Shown piece after piece: positions 1 to 9,660 of a stretch of 64,000 bases of DNA. A program made the translations under genes and the position numbers. Numbering within the stretch: position 1 is the first letter of the stretch; each line of letters starts with the position of its first letter. Source of the DNA: Acidobacteriota bacterium (GTDB lineage: Bacteria; Acidobacteriota; CAIWXX01). The notes below the pieces were generated by a model, which was not told the DNA's origin, did no database searches, and saw nothing but the letters and a program-made list of their open reading frames with translations. Where the stretch lies: assembly GCA_040755995.1 (NCBI GenBank), contig JBFMAF010000020.1, positions 96,001-160,000 of the forward strand, written 5' to 3'.

Positions 1-679
1 GAATCACCTGTTCGGGTGTTCTTCCGAGCAGCAGGGTCACATCGCGCAATGCGGGTGTGCGCCCCCAGTACTCGTCGTACCGCTGCATTGAAATCTGACG
101 CCCCTTCCGCCACTCGACCAGCCTGTACGGTCCGGTTCCATCTTCCCTGTCCCGGAGAGTCTCGGATGAGGAATTCTCCGGCACGATCGAGACGAAAAGC
201 AGCTTGTTCAGGAAGACGCTCTGTGTGCGCCTCAGGTGGATCGTGACCTGCAGAGGCCCGGTGGCGCGCACGTCCGCTACGTTCGACATCAGGGTTCTCA
301 CTTCGAGCTCCGGGTGATCGAGAAGCCGCTGGATCGAGTAGGCCACATCCGATGACGACAGCTGCTTGCCGCTGTGGAAGGTGACCGACGGCTCGATGTC
401 CAAGATCCATGTCGACGGGTCCGGGGTTCGCCATGAGCGCGCAAGGCATGGGTGAATTCGCAGTTGAGCGTCCGTGCGCACAAGCGACTGATAGAAGTGC
501 GAAGCCGTGGCGAAGTCGCTGATAGTGTAGCTGGCGTGAGGATCGAGGGTCTCGGGCTCGTACGGCACAGAGATCACGATGGAGTCCAGCCGGCCGGAAC
601 CGTTCGAACCGCACGCAGCCAGCAGCAGACACGCAGCAGCCGGCGCGAACCACACCGTCCCGAACGTCCGCGGCATCAT
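1..679 (-). CDS. ABC transporter substrate-binding lipoprotein, family 5 (peptide/nickel), 3' end outside the window
   Basis: Not in the ORF track because it runs off the edge. Manual translation gives MMPRTFGTVWFAPAAACLLLAAC (lipobox), then EPETLDPH, VTFHSGKQLSSSDVAYSIQR and GTGPYRLVEWRKG..MQRYDEYWG, typical of SBP_bac_5. GAGGG lies just upstream. Confidence 0.88.
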   Translation of the reverse strand, partial: MMPRTFGTVWFAPAAACLLLAACGSNGSGRLDSIVISVPYEPETLDPHASYTISDFATASHFYQSLVRTDAQLRIHPCLARSWRTPDPSTWILDIEPSVTFHSGKQLSSSDVAYSIQRLLDHPELEVRTLMSNVADVRATGPLQVTIHLRRTQSVFLNKLLFVSIVPENSSSETLRDREDGTGPYRLVEWRKGRQISMQRYDEYWGRTPALRDVTLLLGRTPEQVI

Positions 680-769
680 CCCTCGCAAGCCCTCGTACGA
701 TCCTACCACAAGGCGGTAGGAAGTTGCCCTTGACGAATGGAGCCGTTGCGCCTAGAGTTGTCTTTAATC

Positions 770-1192
770 ATGTGGTGCCCGAGTTGCAGGAGTGAATACA
801 GGGCGGGGATCGCGGAATGCCCGGAATGCCGCGCGCGCCTCGTCGACGAGGCGCCTCCGGTCGACGCCTTGGAGTACATCCCGGATCGCTGGCACAAGCT
901 GGAGGAATTCGGCGACGAGATCGCGGCGCGGATGGTGGAGGGGTTTCTCGTCGCGCAGGGCATCGAGTGCCGCGTGCAGGATCTCACGTTCCGCGCCGAG
1001 TTCGTGCCGATCGCCCCGCAGCTCGCGAAGTTCCGGCTGTGGGTCGAGCCGAGCCAGGCGGACGAGGCGCGGCGCCTCCTGGCGGAGTCCCGGCCGGCGG
1101 CCACGTGCCCGGAGTGCGGCCTCACCCTCGATGCCCCGGGGGCGCCGTGTCCGGCGTGTTCAGAGGCGGACGCTGGTAGAAGGCCTGGTTGA
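770..1192 (+). CDS. DUF2007-like (putative signal-transducing) protein with N- and C-terminal zinc ribbons
   Basis: MWCPSCRSEYRAGIAECPEC, central AxMVEGFLVAQGIEC..LWVEPSQADEARRLL, C-terminal CPEC..CPAC. Confidence 0.75.
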   Translation: MWCPSCRSEYRAGIAECPECRARLVDEAPPVDALEYIPDRWHKLEEFGDEIAARMVEGFLVAQGIECRVQDLTFRAEFVPIAPQLAKFRLWVEPSQADEARRLLAESRPAATCPECGLTLDAPGAPCPACSEADAGRRPG

Positions 1193-1215
1193 GCGCACGG
1201 GCCATCTATCACCGG

Positions 1216-1244
1216 TTGACTCGCGAGAGACACGCCCCTACAAT
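1216..1244 (+). promoter_or_regulatory. Sigma70-type promoter for the pncA-like/pncB operon
   Basis: TTGACT (1216-1221), 17-nt spacer, TACAAT (1239-1244). Confidence 0.6.
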
Positions 1245-1326
1245 CTCATTCCAGGCTCGCATGCATGAGAGAGCCTCGAACGCGCTCCTCTGGAGGGGCG
1301 TGATGAGCGGTGCCACAGGAAGAGCG

Positions 1327-2379
1327 ATGAGTAACGTGAAAGCCACCGGTTCCTCTGCGCGCGAGGGCGAGCTGCCGATCCCACCCCATTTCGATCCGGA
1401 TCGTGCCGGCGCGGTTTGGCGCGTCGAGTATGCCGAGCGGGCGCGAGAGGCCGAGGCGTGGGCACAGCAGCACGGAGTCCCGACGGCTGCGTCCGACAAG
1501 ACTCGAATCTGTCTCGTGGCGATCGACGCACAAAACACATTCTGCCTGCCGGGATTCGAGCTGTTCGTGCAGGGGAAATCCGGCAACGGCGCCGTGGATG
1601 ACAACGTGCGCCTGTGCCGCTTCATATACCGGCATCTCCATCGCATCACCGAGATCGTCTCTACGATGGACACTCACACGGCCATTCAGATCTTTCACCC
1701 GGTCTTCCTCGTGGACCGTTCCGGCCGGCATCCGGCTCCGGTGACCCCGATCTCCCGTGAAGATGTCGAGAAAGGCGTCTGGCGGATCGATCCGGGTGTG
1801 GCGAAGAGCCTGGAAGCCGGCGACCACACACGAATCGAGGAGCACCTCCTGCACTATGCGCGCCAGCTCGAGCTTGGCCGGAAGTATTCGCTCATGACGT
1901 GGCCGTATCACGCCATGCTGGGAGGAATAGGACACGCGCTGGTTCCCATAGTGGAGGAAGCACTCTTCTTTCATGCGATCGCGCGAAGGCAGCCGACACG
2001 GTTCGAGATCAAGGGCGACAATCCGCTCACGGAGCATTATTCGGTGCTTGGGCCCGAGGTACGCGCCGCGGCTGACAGGCGCGAGTTGGGGCACAAGAAC
2101 ACCGGCCTGACCCGGCGGCTTCTCGAGTTCGACGCCGTGTTGGTCGCCGGTCAGGCCAAGAGCCATTGTGTAAGCTGGACGATCAGGGACCTGTTGGATG
2201 AGATCGCCACGATCGATAGCGACCTGGCCAGGCGGGTATACCTGCTCGAGGACTGCATGTCACCGGTCGTTGTACCTGGAGTAGTCGACTTCTCGGATGC
2301 GGCCGACTCTGCATTTGCGTCCTTCCGTTCGGCCGGCGTGCAGATAATACGATCGGTGGATCCTCTCGTGTTGCGCTGA
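1327..2379 (+). CDS. Isochorismatase/nicotinamidase-family cysteine hydrolase (PncA-like, long variant)
   Basis: IDAQNTFC (catalytic Asp), TMDTH, WPYHAMLG, KG, AGQAKSHCV (nucleophile Cys); adjacent to pncB. Start set at ATG 1327 after GGAAGAG. Confidence 0.85.
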   Translation: MSNVKATGSSAREGELPIPPHFDPDRAGAVWRVEYAERAREAEAWAQQHGVPTAASDKTRICLVAIDAQNTFCLPGFELFVQGKSGNGAVDDNVRLCRFIYRHLHRITEIVSTMDTHTAIQIFHPVFLVDRSGRHPAPVTPISREDVEKGVWRIDPGVAKSLEAGDHTRIEEHLLHYARQLELGRKYSLMTWPYHAMLGGIGHALVPIVEEALFFHAIARRQPTRFEIKGDNPLTEHYSVLGPEVRAAADRRELGHKNTGLTRRLLEFDAVLVAGQAKSHCVSWTIRDLLDEIATIDSDLARRVYLLEDCMSPVVVPGVVDFSDAADSAFASFRSAGVQIIRSVDPLVLR

Positions 2380-2405
2380 CGGCACGAGTCGGAGGGGAGT
2401 AGCAG

Positions 2406-3992
2406 TTGAGTACTACGAATCGGCTCGTCAATCCACTGCTGACCGATCTGTACGAGTTGACCATGGCGTACGCATATTGGAAACATGGCCGGCACGAGGA
2501 GCACGCGGTCTTCGATCTGTTCTTCCGGAAGAACCCGTTCAGAGGCGAGTTCACCGTGTTCGCAGGGCTGGAGGAAGTCCTGAGTTTTCTCGAAGGCTTC
2601 CGGTACAGCGACGAGCAGGTAGACTACCTGCGGACCTTGCTTCCGGAGAGCGAGCCGGCGTTCTTCGAATGGCTTCGCCGGGTGGACCTGTCGGGCGTCA
2701 CCGTCCACGCCGTCTCCGAAGGATCGATCGTATTTCCCAGGGTGCCCCTGCTGCGCGTGGAGGGGCCGCTGGCTCTGGCCCAGCTCCTCGAGACGACGCT
2801 TCTGACGCTGGTCAACTACCCAAGCCTCGTGGCCACCAATGCAGCTCGATTCCGATTGGCGGCCGGCATGAGGAAGACGCTGCTGGAGTTCGGCCTGAGG
2901 CGGGCTCAGGGCCCCGACGGGGGCATGTCTGCGTCGCGGTACGCGTTCATGGGCGGCTTCGACGCCACGTCGAATGTGCTGGCCGGGATGCTGTTCGGCA
3001 TCCCGCCACGGGGCACGCATGCTCATTCCTATGTCCAGTCTTTCCAGAGTCTGGAACAGATTCCCTCCAGAGTAGTGCCTGCGAGCGACGGTCAGAGCGT
3101 CGATCTGGTGGAGAGGACTCTGGCGATCCGTGACCGGCTGCGTTTCAATCACACCAATCAGGGTGAACTGGCTGCATTCGTCTCATATGCACTGGCGTTC
3201 CCCGAATCGTTCCTCGCGCTGGTAGACACCTACGACACGCTCAACTCGGGCGTTCCGAACTTCATCTGCGTGGCCTTCGCACTGATGGAGATGGGACACC
3301 AGCCCATCGGCGTCAGGCTCGATTCCGGCGACCTGGCCTTTCTGTCCAAAGCCACCCGGAACATGTTCGCTTCGTGCGGTGAGCTCCTCAACAAGGATGT
3401 CTCACACTTCAAGATAGCGGCCTCGAACGACATCGACGAGGCCGTGCTGATGTCGCTCAATAGCGAGGGGCACGAGATCGACATCTTCGGGATCGGGACA
3501 CGCCTCGTGACCTGCGAATCGCAGCCCGCGCTCGGCTGCGTGTACAAGCTGGTGGAAATCGGAGGCTCTCCGCGCATAAAGCTCTCACAGGACCTGCAGA
3601 AAGTGACGATCCCCGGGAGGAAAGAAGCCTACAGGCTGTACGGCCAACGGGGATTCCCGTTGCTCGACCTCATGGTACAGGCCGGTGAGACTCCACCGCA
3701 TCCCGGAGATCAGATCCTCTGCAGGCACCCATTCGACGAAACCAAGCGTGTGCTCGTCACTCCATCACGCGTCATGCCGCTGCATCAATGTGTTTGGAAC
3801 GGCGGCCGGATGGCGGCCGAGAGATCGATCCACGACATACGCGCAGATGTGCTGTCCCAACTCGCCAGTTTCCGCCAGGACCATCTTCGCCTCCTCAACC
3901 CAACACCGTACAAGGTGTCAGTCAGCGCAAAGCTCTATGACTTCATACACAGGCTGTGGGTGGAAGAATCACCGCTCCCGGAGTTGCGCTAG
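2406..3992 (+). CDS. pncB: Nicotinate phosphoribosyltransferase
   Basis: LLTDLYELTMAYAY, FDLFFRKNPF, LLEFGLRRAQGPDG, GTHAHS, LVDTYDTL, GVRLDSGDL, ALGCVYKL. TTG start after GGAGGGGAG. Confidence 0.95.
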   Translation: MSTTNRLVNPLLTDLYELTMAYAYWKHGRHEEHAVFDLFFRKNPFRGEFTVFAGLEEVLSFLEGFRYSDEQVDYLRTLLPESEPAFFEWLRRVDLSGVTVHAVSEGSIVFPRVPLLRVEGPLALAQLLETTLLTLVNYPSLVATNAARFRLAAGMRKTLLEFGLRRAQGPDGGMSASRYAFMGGFDATSNVLAGMLFGIPPRGTHAHSYVQSFQSLEQIPSRVVPASDGQSVDLVERTLAIRDRLRFNHTNQGELAAFVSYALAFPESFLALVDTYDTLNSGVPNFICVAFALMEMGHQPIGVRLDSGDLAFLSKATRNMFASCGELLNKDVSHFKIAASNDIDEAVLMSLNSEGHEIDIFGIGTRLVTCESQPALGCVYKLVEIGGSPRIKLSQDLQKVTIPGRKEAYRLYGQRGFPLLDLMVQAGETPPHPGDQILCRHPFDETKRVLVTPSRVMPLHQCVWNGGRMAAERSIHDIRADVLSQLASFRQDHLRLLNPTPYKVSVSAKLYDFIHRLWVEESPLPELR

Positions 3993-4039
3993 CTGTGTCG
4001 GACTCGTGACCAACGTTGCAGGGGCTGGCCAAGGACGTT

Positions 4040-4849
4040 TCAGGTACGGCACAACTCCATCCAATAGTGATCCCCGAGCCGATTGAACAGAGGCAACTCG
4101 GCTGCCCAGCGCTCCAGATGCTCCAATGCGGCTAACAATGTCCGGCGGCGGGCCACCACCGGCTGAACATCGCTCGGCGGCAGAAATACACCGAGCCCGC
4201 ACACTCGTTCCACATGAAAAGAGAAGCCAAGCTCGCGGGCAAGCCGGCGCGGCGTCGGGTAGTACACCGGAAACGAAACTCCCTCGATCTCCGCAATCGA
4301 TTGCCCTCGCCAACGCCGCGTCGCGGTCCTGAGATCACCGTGCGCGGTGTGCCATAGCACTTCCCACGGACATATCGGCCCCATCACCGCTACACCGATC
4401 CGTCCGCCGGATCTTATCGATCCTTCCAGCGCCTTGCCCACCTCGCGCCAACTGCCTACGCAGTTGAGCGCGCCGAAGTTGGAATACGCGCCATCTAACG
4501 CTTTGGCAGGCAAGTTCCATTGATCGGCGTGGGCCAGATCAAGCTGGACGAACGCAATCCGATCGGCGACTTCTGCAAGCTCTGCCTTGCGTTGTGCTTG
4601 GGCCAGCATTTCCGCGCTCGAGTCGGCAGCGGTGATGAGCACGCCGCGCTTTGCCAGCCAGACGGCATCCTCACCCGTGCCGCAGCCGATATCCAGCACG
4701 CGCGCGCCCGGTGGATACAGGCGTTCGAGCCAGTTCCACACGCGTCCGCGCAGCCAGCGATTGATCGGCGCGTCAGCCGCCTCCGCATCATAACGCGCTG
4801 CAAGGCGATCAAAAGGATTGTCAGGGAGTTTCTCCACGCCCGTCGGCAC
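4040..4849 (-). CDS. Class I SAM-dependent methyltransferase
   Basis: VLDIGCGTGEDA motif I, D-x-S-x-x-ML, DGAYSNFGALNC. Confidence 0.88.
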   Translation of the reverse strand: MPTGVEKLPDNPFDRLAARYDAEAADAPINRWLRGRVWNWLERLYPPGARVLDIGCGTGEDAVWLAKRGVLITAADSSAEMLAQAQRKAELAEVADRIAFVQLDLAHADQWNLPAKALDGAYSNFGALNCVGSWREVGKALEGSIRSGGRIGVAVMGPICPWEVLWHTAHGDLRTATRRWRGQSIAEIEGVSFPVYYPTPRRLARELGFSFHVERVCGLGVFLPPSDVQPVVARRRTLLAALEHLERWAAELPLFNRLGDHYWMELCRT

Positions 4850-4860
4850 GACCGTCGCCT

Positions 4861-6366
4861 CTACTTCGCGGAGGATGAATCGAGACTCGTCAGCTCCACA
4901 CGCCGCACGAAGACGCCCAGCTCCCGATCGTCCTCAGACGGCGCATCGTCCTCGCTCGGGACGAATGCCGACGTGATGGCAAAGCGGATATGCAGGATCG
5001 AACCGGGAATCTGCGAGATTTCGAGCCGTTGCGCCAGCCGCCCATTGTGAGCTTCCAGAATTGCCACTGGGACCCCATTGACCACGATCTCGCCCGTAGT
5101 AAGGTTGAACGGGTTGTGGAGGTCCATGTCGATGAACAGAGACTTCTCGTCGTCGCGTCTCTGGAGAACCAGCGATGCCTCACCCTGCGTCCAGCGCCCT
5201 GCTGGAAGTCCATCGCCCCATGGCTCGCTCGACCACCAGCCTTCGTCGAGCTCCGGCTGCTCGTCAGGAGCCGCCGCGAGATCGATGGAGGGATGATACG
5301 CGTAATCAGTGTCGACAACCCCTCTGGACTCGAGGTAAGCGAGGACGATCTGGGCCATGAGGTGGCAGCCACGACGGCTGAAATGGGAGTTGTCCGCGAA
5401 GCAGTCCGCCTTCTCACGAAAGTCGGTCTCGATATCCAGGCAGTCGACATCGAGGTCCCTGGCGGTTTGCCGCGTCTCGTCATTGTACTGCTCCACGTAC
5501 ATCGCCCAGCTGTGCGGGTCGTCGGAGGTACCGATGTGGGGGCGAGTCAGAAGGACAGGAATAATTCCTCGCTCGCGCGCCGTCTGCACGAAAACCGAGA
5601 GGTTGCGGCGATAGTCCTCGATCGACACACGGTGGATGATCCCAGATTCCGGCCTGATGCGATCCAGGATGCTCCATGCCAGATGCGCCGCAGGCAGTGC
5701 CAGCCGGAGCCGGCTCCACCGCCCGAGTCTCTCGATGCGGCGGGCGTATTCCTCGTCGCTCACTCTCACCGGATGCGCATCGTTCGCCCCGAAGCTGAAG
5801 AAGACGAGGTCAGGGCGCCAGGGCAGTACCTGCTGGAATCGGCGGAGCCCCTGGAACGAAGAATAGCCAAAAACACCGGCGTTGACCACCAGGATGGGGC
5901 GAGCGGAATGATTGAGCGCCGCCATGTCCTGAAGGGACCCAGGCCAACTCTCGGCTCTGTCCAGAGGTCCGATGGTGTTGGAATCTCCAATGGCGATGAT
6001 GAGGTACTCATTGCCGTTCCTGTCCGGGCGAACCACGGGACCCCGGCAGCCCTGGTCGTTCACGAATCTACTGCCACCTGGATTGAGCTTCCACAGCAGC
6101 ACAGGGTCGAACAGGGTGAGGGGTCCGTCGCCCGATCCGGGCCGCCCGTCACCCTGCATGTGATGCGGGCGCCAGTCATTCTCGTTGTCCGGCCAGACGA
6201 AAACGATCGGAGAGAACCGGTAGTCGAGGAGCCTCAGGATCCCTTCTGCAAGAACAAGGCTGATCAGGATCGAACCGATGAACAGCGCGGCGACGCGCGA
6301 GCGTCGGCACCACTTCGACGAGGGACTCCGACTTCCGTATTGCAGCGCCCGGCGATCTCCTGCCAC
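4861..6366 (-). CDS. Membrane-anchored SGNH/GDSL hydrolase with C-terminal beta-sandwich domain
   Basis: N-terminal TM ending LAEGILR; blocks IGDSNT, NAGVFGYSS, FGAND, DNSHFS; C-terminal GRWT..DDRELGV domain. Confidence 0.85.
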   Translation of the reverse strand: MAGDRRALQYGSRSPSSKWCRRSRVAALFIGSILISLVLAEGILRLLDYRFSPIVFVWPDNENDWRPHHMQGDGRPGSGDGPLTLFDPVLLWKLNPGGSRFVNDQGCRGPVVRPDRNGNEYLIIAIGDSNTIGPLDRAESWPGSLQDMAALNHSARPILVVNAGVFGYSSFQGLRRFQQVLPWRPDLVFFSFGANDAHPVRVSDEEYARRIERLGRWSRLRLALPAAHLAWSILDRIRPESGIIHRVSIEDYRRNLSVFVQTARERGIIPVLLTRPHIGTSDDPHSWAMYVEQYNDETRQTARDLDVDCLDIETDFREKADCFADNSHFSRRGCHLMAQIVLAYLESRGVVDTDYAYHPSIDLAAAPDEQPELDEGWWSSEPWGDGLPAGRWTQGEASLVLQRRDDEKSLFIDMDLHNPFNLTTGEIVVNGVPVAILEAHNGRLAQRLEISQIPGSILHIRFAITSAFVPSEDDAPSEDDRELGVFVRRVELTSLDSSSAK

Positions 6367-6510
6367 TGATTATACTCAACACGAAGGCTCCAGCGGCTGC
6401 CCAACACGCCGCATGACTCGGACGAGCACGACACTTGCTCGCCGCGGCCGACTCGCGGCGGGCCGCTTCTCGATGCGCCGTATCGCCAGGCCGCGCAGTG
6501 CGGATCGCCG

Positions 6511-6735
6511 TCAGAACTTGATCTGGCAGCGTTTGACTCCGCCTCCCTCGTCCCGCAGCCAGACAAGCACCTTCTTGGCCCGCACACACCAATCCCGCAC
6601 ATCTGTCTCGAAACTCGGACAATCGGCAACGATGTCGAGCACGTCGCCAGTCTTCAATTTGATTGCCATGACGGAAATCCTGAGGGTCGGTAACGGGCAC
6701 CTCAGGCCCTTCAGGTCAGCGTGAACTGTGGCCAT
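6511..6735 (-). CDS. tusA: TusA/SirA-family sulfur carrier
   Basis: 74 aa, DLKGLRCPLP motif, LDIVADCPSFETDVRDWC; RBS AGGAGG. Confidence 0.88.
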   Translation of the reverse strand: MATVHADLKGLRCPLPTLRISVMAIKLKTGDVLDIVADCPSFETDVRDWCVRAKKVLVWLRDEGGGVKRCQIKF

Positions 6736-6794
6736 TTCTGCGTCCTCCTACTGTGTTGTGCAAGTGCCATTGCGAGATCAAGCCGGTGCTCCAC

Positions 6795-7235
6795 TTACTG
6801 ATTGTTCCGCAGCGGTCCGAGCGCCCTGACGGTCTCGACCATGCTGGTGATCACGCTCACAAACCTGGTGCCTTCACTTGCCGAAACAAATTCGAATCGG
6901 CAGCGATCTTCGGCTATCCCAAATTGCTTCAGCAGCCTTACGAGCAGCCTGTGGCGCTGGAGCGCGCGGTAGTTGCCCTCCTTGTAGTGGCAGTCGCCCG
7001 GATGGCAGCCCAGGATTATCACGCCGTCAGCCCCGAGCTCATATGCCCTCATGACGAACTGCGGGTCGATCCTCCCGGTGCACATTACCCTGATCACGTA
7101 GACATTCGGCGGATAGGGTGTTTGAAAGGTGCCGGCCTTGTCTGCGCCGGCATACGCGCACCAGTTGCAGAGGAACCCGATGATCTTGGGCTCGAAACCC
7201 TCGCCGCTCGGGGGAATCGCGATCTCGGGCATCAT
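6795..7235 (-). CDS. mvhD: Methyl-viologen-reducing hydrogenase delta subunit ([2Fe-2S])
   Basis: FEPKIIGFLCNWCAYAGAD, IRVMCTGRIDP, GADGV..GCHPGDCHYKEGN, VSASEG. ATGA overlap with hdrA. Confidence 0.95.
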   Translation of the reverse strand: MMPEIAIPPSGEGFEPKIIGFLCNWCAYAGADKAGTFQTPYPPNVYVIRVMCTGRIDPQFVMRAYELGADGVIILGCHPGDCHYKEGNYRALQRHRLLVRLLKQFGIAEDRCRFEFVSASEGTRFVSVITSMVETVRALGPLRNNQ

Positions 7236-9196
7236 TCCAACACTCCTGCCAGTTCCGCACAGATCGCGCGGTCGGTGAAGAATTGCCCCTCTATTACCCC
7301 GGCCGGACACGCTGCCACACAGGTGCCGCAACCCTGGCAGAGGACGGCGTTGACAACGGAGACCTCCTTGTCCGCGTCGAACGATATCGCCTTGTACGGG
7401 CACACTTTGCCACAAACGCGGCAGCCCGAGCATCTCTCTGCGTCGATTGACGCCGTGATCGGCTCGACATACAGCTTCTTGCCTTCGACGAGCCCCGACA
7501 GGATATAGCCCGCGGCCGCCGCGCCCTGGCTCATCGCATGTTGGATATCCATGGGCGACTGGCAGGCGCCGGCCAGATATATGCCTCGCACGGTGCTCCT
7601 CCCGGCATCCAGCCGGTCATGAAGCTCCTCGAAAAAGCCGAACCTATCGCAATTCGTGTCCATCGTTGCAGCGAGGTTCGCGGCCGAATCGGAGGGGACG
7701 ACGGCTGGACAGAGGACCACAATGTCCGCGTCGAAGCTCCCGAGGCTTCCGGTCGTATCTCTGTATGCGACATTCGGGTTTCCAGCCGAATCCGAGACTC
7801 TGATGTCCTGGATGTCCCCGTACCGGACGAAGGCAGCGTTGGGATTGGCACGCGCCCTGTGGAGTATCGACGACTCATGCTTGCCAGGCACCGCGATCTC
7901 CTTGTAGAGATGCAACACCTTTGTCCCGGGCAGTTTGGTCTCGATCATGTGATTGAACTTGAATGCGTACTGGCAGCAGACGGCCGAACAGTAGTCGTTG
8001 CGCCGGACGTCCAGGCTCCCCACGCAGTGGATGATGGCCACGGCATCAGGGGACTCGTGTCCGGCGAGCTGAAGGAGCCCTGCGGTAGGGCCGTTTGACG
8101 CGAGAATCCGTTCGAAATCGAGCGCGGTGAGAACTCCGCCGATGCGGCCGTAGCCGAGGTCCGGCAGCTTCCTGCAGTCGTAGAGGCTCGCCCCAATGGC
8201 GACGACGATTGCGCCCACCTCCCGCTCGATCATCTGCGCGGCCTGCGCGTGGTCGATCACGCTCTCACCCACCGGGCATGCGGCTTTGCACGCCTGGCAG
8301 TCCTCTCCGCGGAATCGGATGCATGTGTGCGCATCGAGAGAGGGGACGTTCGGGAGGGCTCCGGGGAATGGCACATCTATAGCTTTTCGTTCGTTGAGGC
8401 CGCAGTTGAACTCATTCGTTGCGCTCACTGGGCAGACAGGGATGCACTCGCCACAGCCGACGCAGAGCTCGCTGCTCACGTACCGAGGCGACTGGCGTAT
8501 CCTCGCCGTGAAGCGGCCGTGGAAACCTACGACGTCGACGACCTCGGCGAGGGTCCGGATCTCGATCCGCCCGGAGTGTTCGCCGTGGAGAATCTCGCCA
8601 AGCAACGGCTCCAGCATGCACGATCCGCACTCCATGGTCGGCGCGATCTCCTCGAACCGCACAGGCAAGCCCCCGAGGACCGGCGACTTCTCCACGACGG
8701 TGACCCTGCGGCCGGCCTCGGCCAGGGTAAAGGCCGCCTTCAGTCCCGCCGGCCCGGCTCCGACGACCAGAACCTCGGGACAGACATCCAGCTCCTGCCT
8801 GTCGAGCGGCTGATGGAGCCGGATGCGTGCCACGGCACCGCGGATGAGCCTCGCAGCTTTCTCTGTGGCGCGGGCTGGGTCGGGAGTCACCCAGGCCACC
8901 TGTTCCCGGATGTTCACCATCTGCATCAAGTACGGGTTCACTCCCGCTGAGGCGAGGACACGCCTGAAGGTAGGCTCATGGTCCCTGGGCGAGCAAGCAG
9001 CGATGACGACGCGATCGGGGGCATTGTCGCGCAGATTCGATTCGAGCGCGGCCTTGCCTTCCTCCGAACACATGAAGTCGATTGCCTCGAGATAGACGGC
9101 CTCTGTGTGACCGTGCAGCGACTCCATCAAGCGCGCGCTGCTGATTCTCTCGCTTATGCTGGTGCCGCAGCTGCAAAAGTAAATGCCGACCTTCAT
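7232..9196 (-). CDS. hdrA: Heterodisulfide reductase subunit A (FAD, Fe-S)
   Basis: GIYFCSCG, FMCS, AACSP, NIREQ, GAGPAG FAD site, inserted 2x[4Fe-4S] ferredoxin, FERIL, HCVGS..YCSAVCCQYAFK, C-terminal 2x CxxCxxCxxxCP. Confidence 0.95.
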   Translation of the reverse strand: MKVGIYFCSCGTSISERISSARLMESLHGHTEAVYLEAIDFMCSEEGKAALESNLRDNAPDRVVIAACSPRDHEPTFRRVLASAGVNPYLMQMVNIREQVAWVTPDPARATEKAARLIRGAVARIRLHQPLDRQELDVCPEVLVVGAGPAGLKAAFTLAEAGRRVTVVEKSPVLGGLPVRFEEIAPTMECGSCMLEPLLGEILHGEHSGRIEIRTLAEVVDVVGFHGRFTARIRQSPRYVSSELCVGCGECIPVCPVSATNEFNCGLNERKAIDVPFPGALPNVPSLDAHTCIRFRGEDCQACKAACPVGESVIDHAQAAQMIEREVGAIVVAIGASLYDCRKLPDLGYGRIGGVLTALDFERILASNGPTAGLLQLAGHESPDAVAIIHCVGSLDVRRNDYCSAVCCQYAFKFNHMIETKLPGTKVLHLYKEIAVPGKHESSILHRARANPNAAFVRYGDIQDIRVSDSAGNPNVAYRDTTGSLGSFDADIVVLCPAVVPSDSAANLAATMDTNCDRFGFFEELHDRLDAGRSTVRGIYLAGACQSPMDIQHAMSQGAAAAGYILSGLVEGKKLYVEPITASIDAERCSGCRVCGKVCPYKAISFDADKEVSVVNAVLCQGCGTCVAACPAGVIEGQFFTDRAICAELAGVLE

Positions 9197-9660
9197 GACA
9201 GTCTCTCCGCTATGCGACCGACGATCCGTTCGGCAGCGAGGGGCACGGATCGCGCGACCGCCTCGGTCAGCTCTCCACTGAACGTGTCGACGTCCTGCGC
9301 CTCGATCCCCCAAACCTCGATCACATCCGGCATCGGCAGCCCCAGCGCGCGGCCCAGTTCCAGGGCCACGGGGAGGCTGGTGTCGTGGGACGACGCCAGG
9401 TTGCGTGTTGCGGGCCGCCGGCTGAGCGGCACGGCCTGAATGGTCCCCGGCTCGACGATCCCGGTGACCATGGCATCGACGACTATGGCCCGCTCAAATC
9501 CTGCCATGGCCTCCATCAGCCCCAGACCTCCGACGTAAGCCTCTTTGACGTGAACGTCCGGGCGGCTGCTCATCTTCTCGCTCACCAGGCATGCGACGCG
9601 AAGTCCGACGGCGTCGTCAGAACGAACCGGATTGCCGAGCCCGATCACCACGGTCTTCAT
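9193..9660 (-). CDS. Hydrogenase maturation endopeptidase
   Basis: VIGLGNPVRSDDAVG, IVVDA, SSHD motifs; ATGA-coupled to neighbours. Confidence 0.93.
   Translation of the reverse strand: MKTVVIGLGNPVRSDDAVGLRVACLVSEKMSSRPDVHVKEAYVGGLGLMEAMAGFERAIVVDAMVTGIVEPGTIQAVPLSRRPATRNLASSHDTSLPVALELGRALGLPMPDVIEVWGIEAQDVDTFSGELTEAVARSVPLAAERIVGRIAERLS

Noticed and set aside
1245..1326. NAD+ riboswitch in the pncA-like leader
   Set aside because: Only short hairpins (AGGCTC/GAGCCT) and a 9-bp inverted repeat are present; I could not match the nadA-motif consensus, and such pairing is expected by chance at this GC content.
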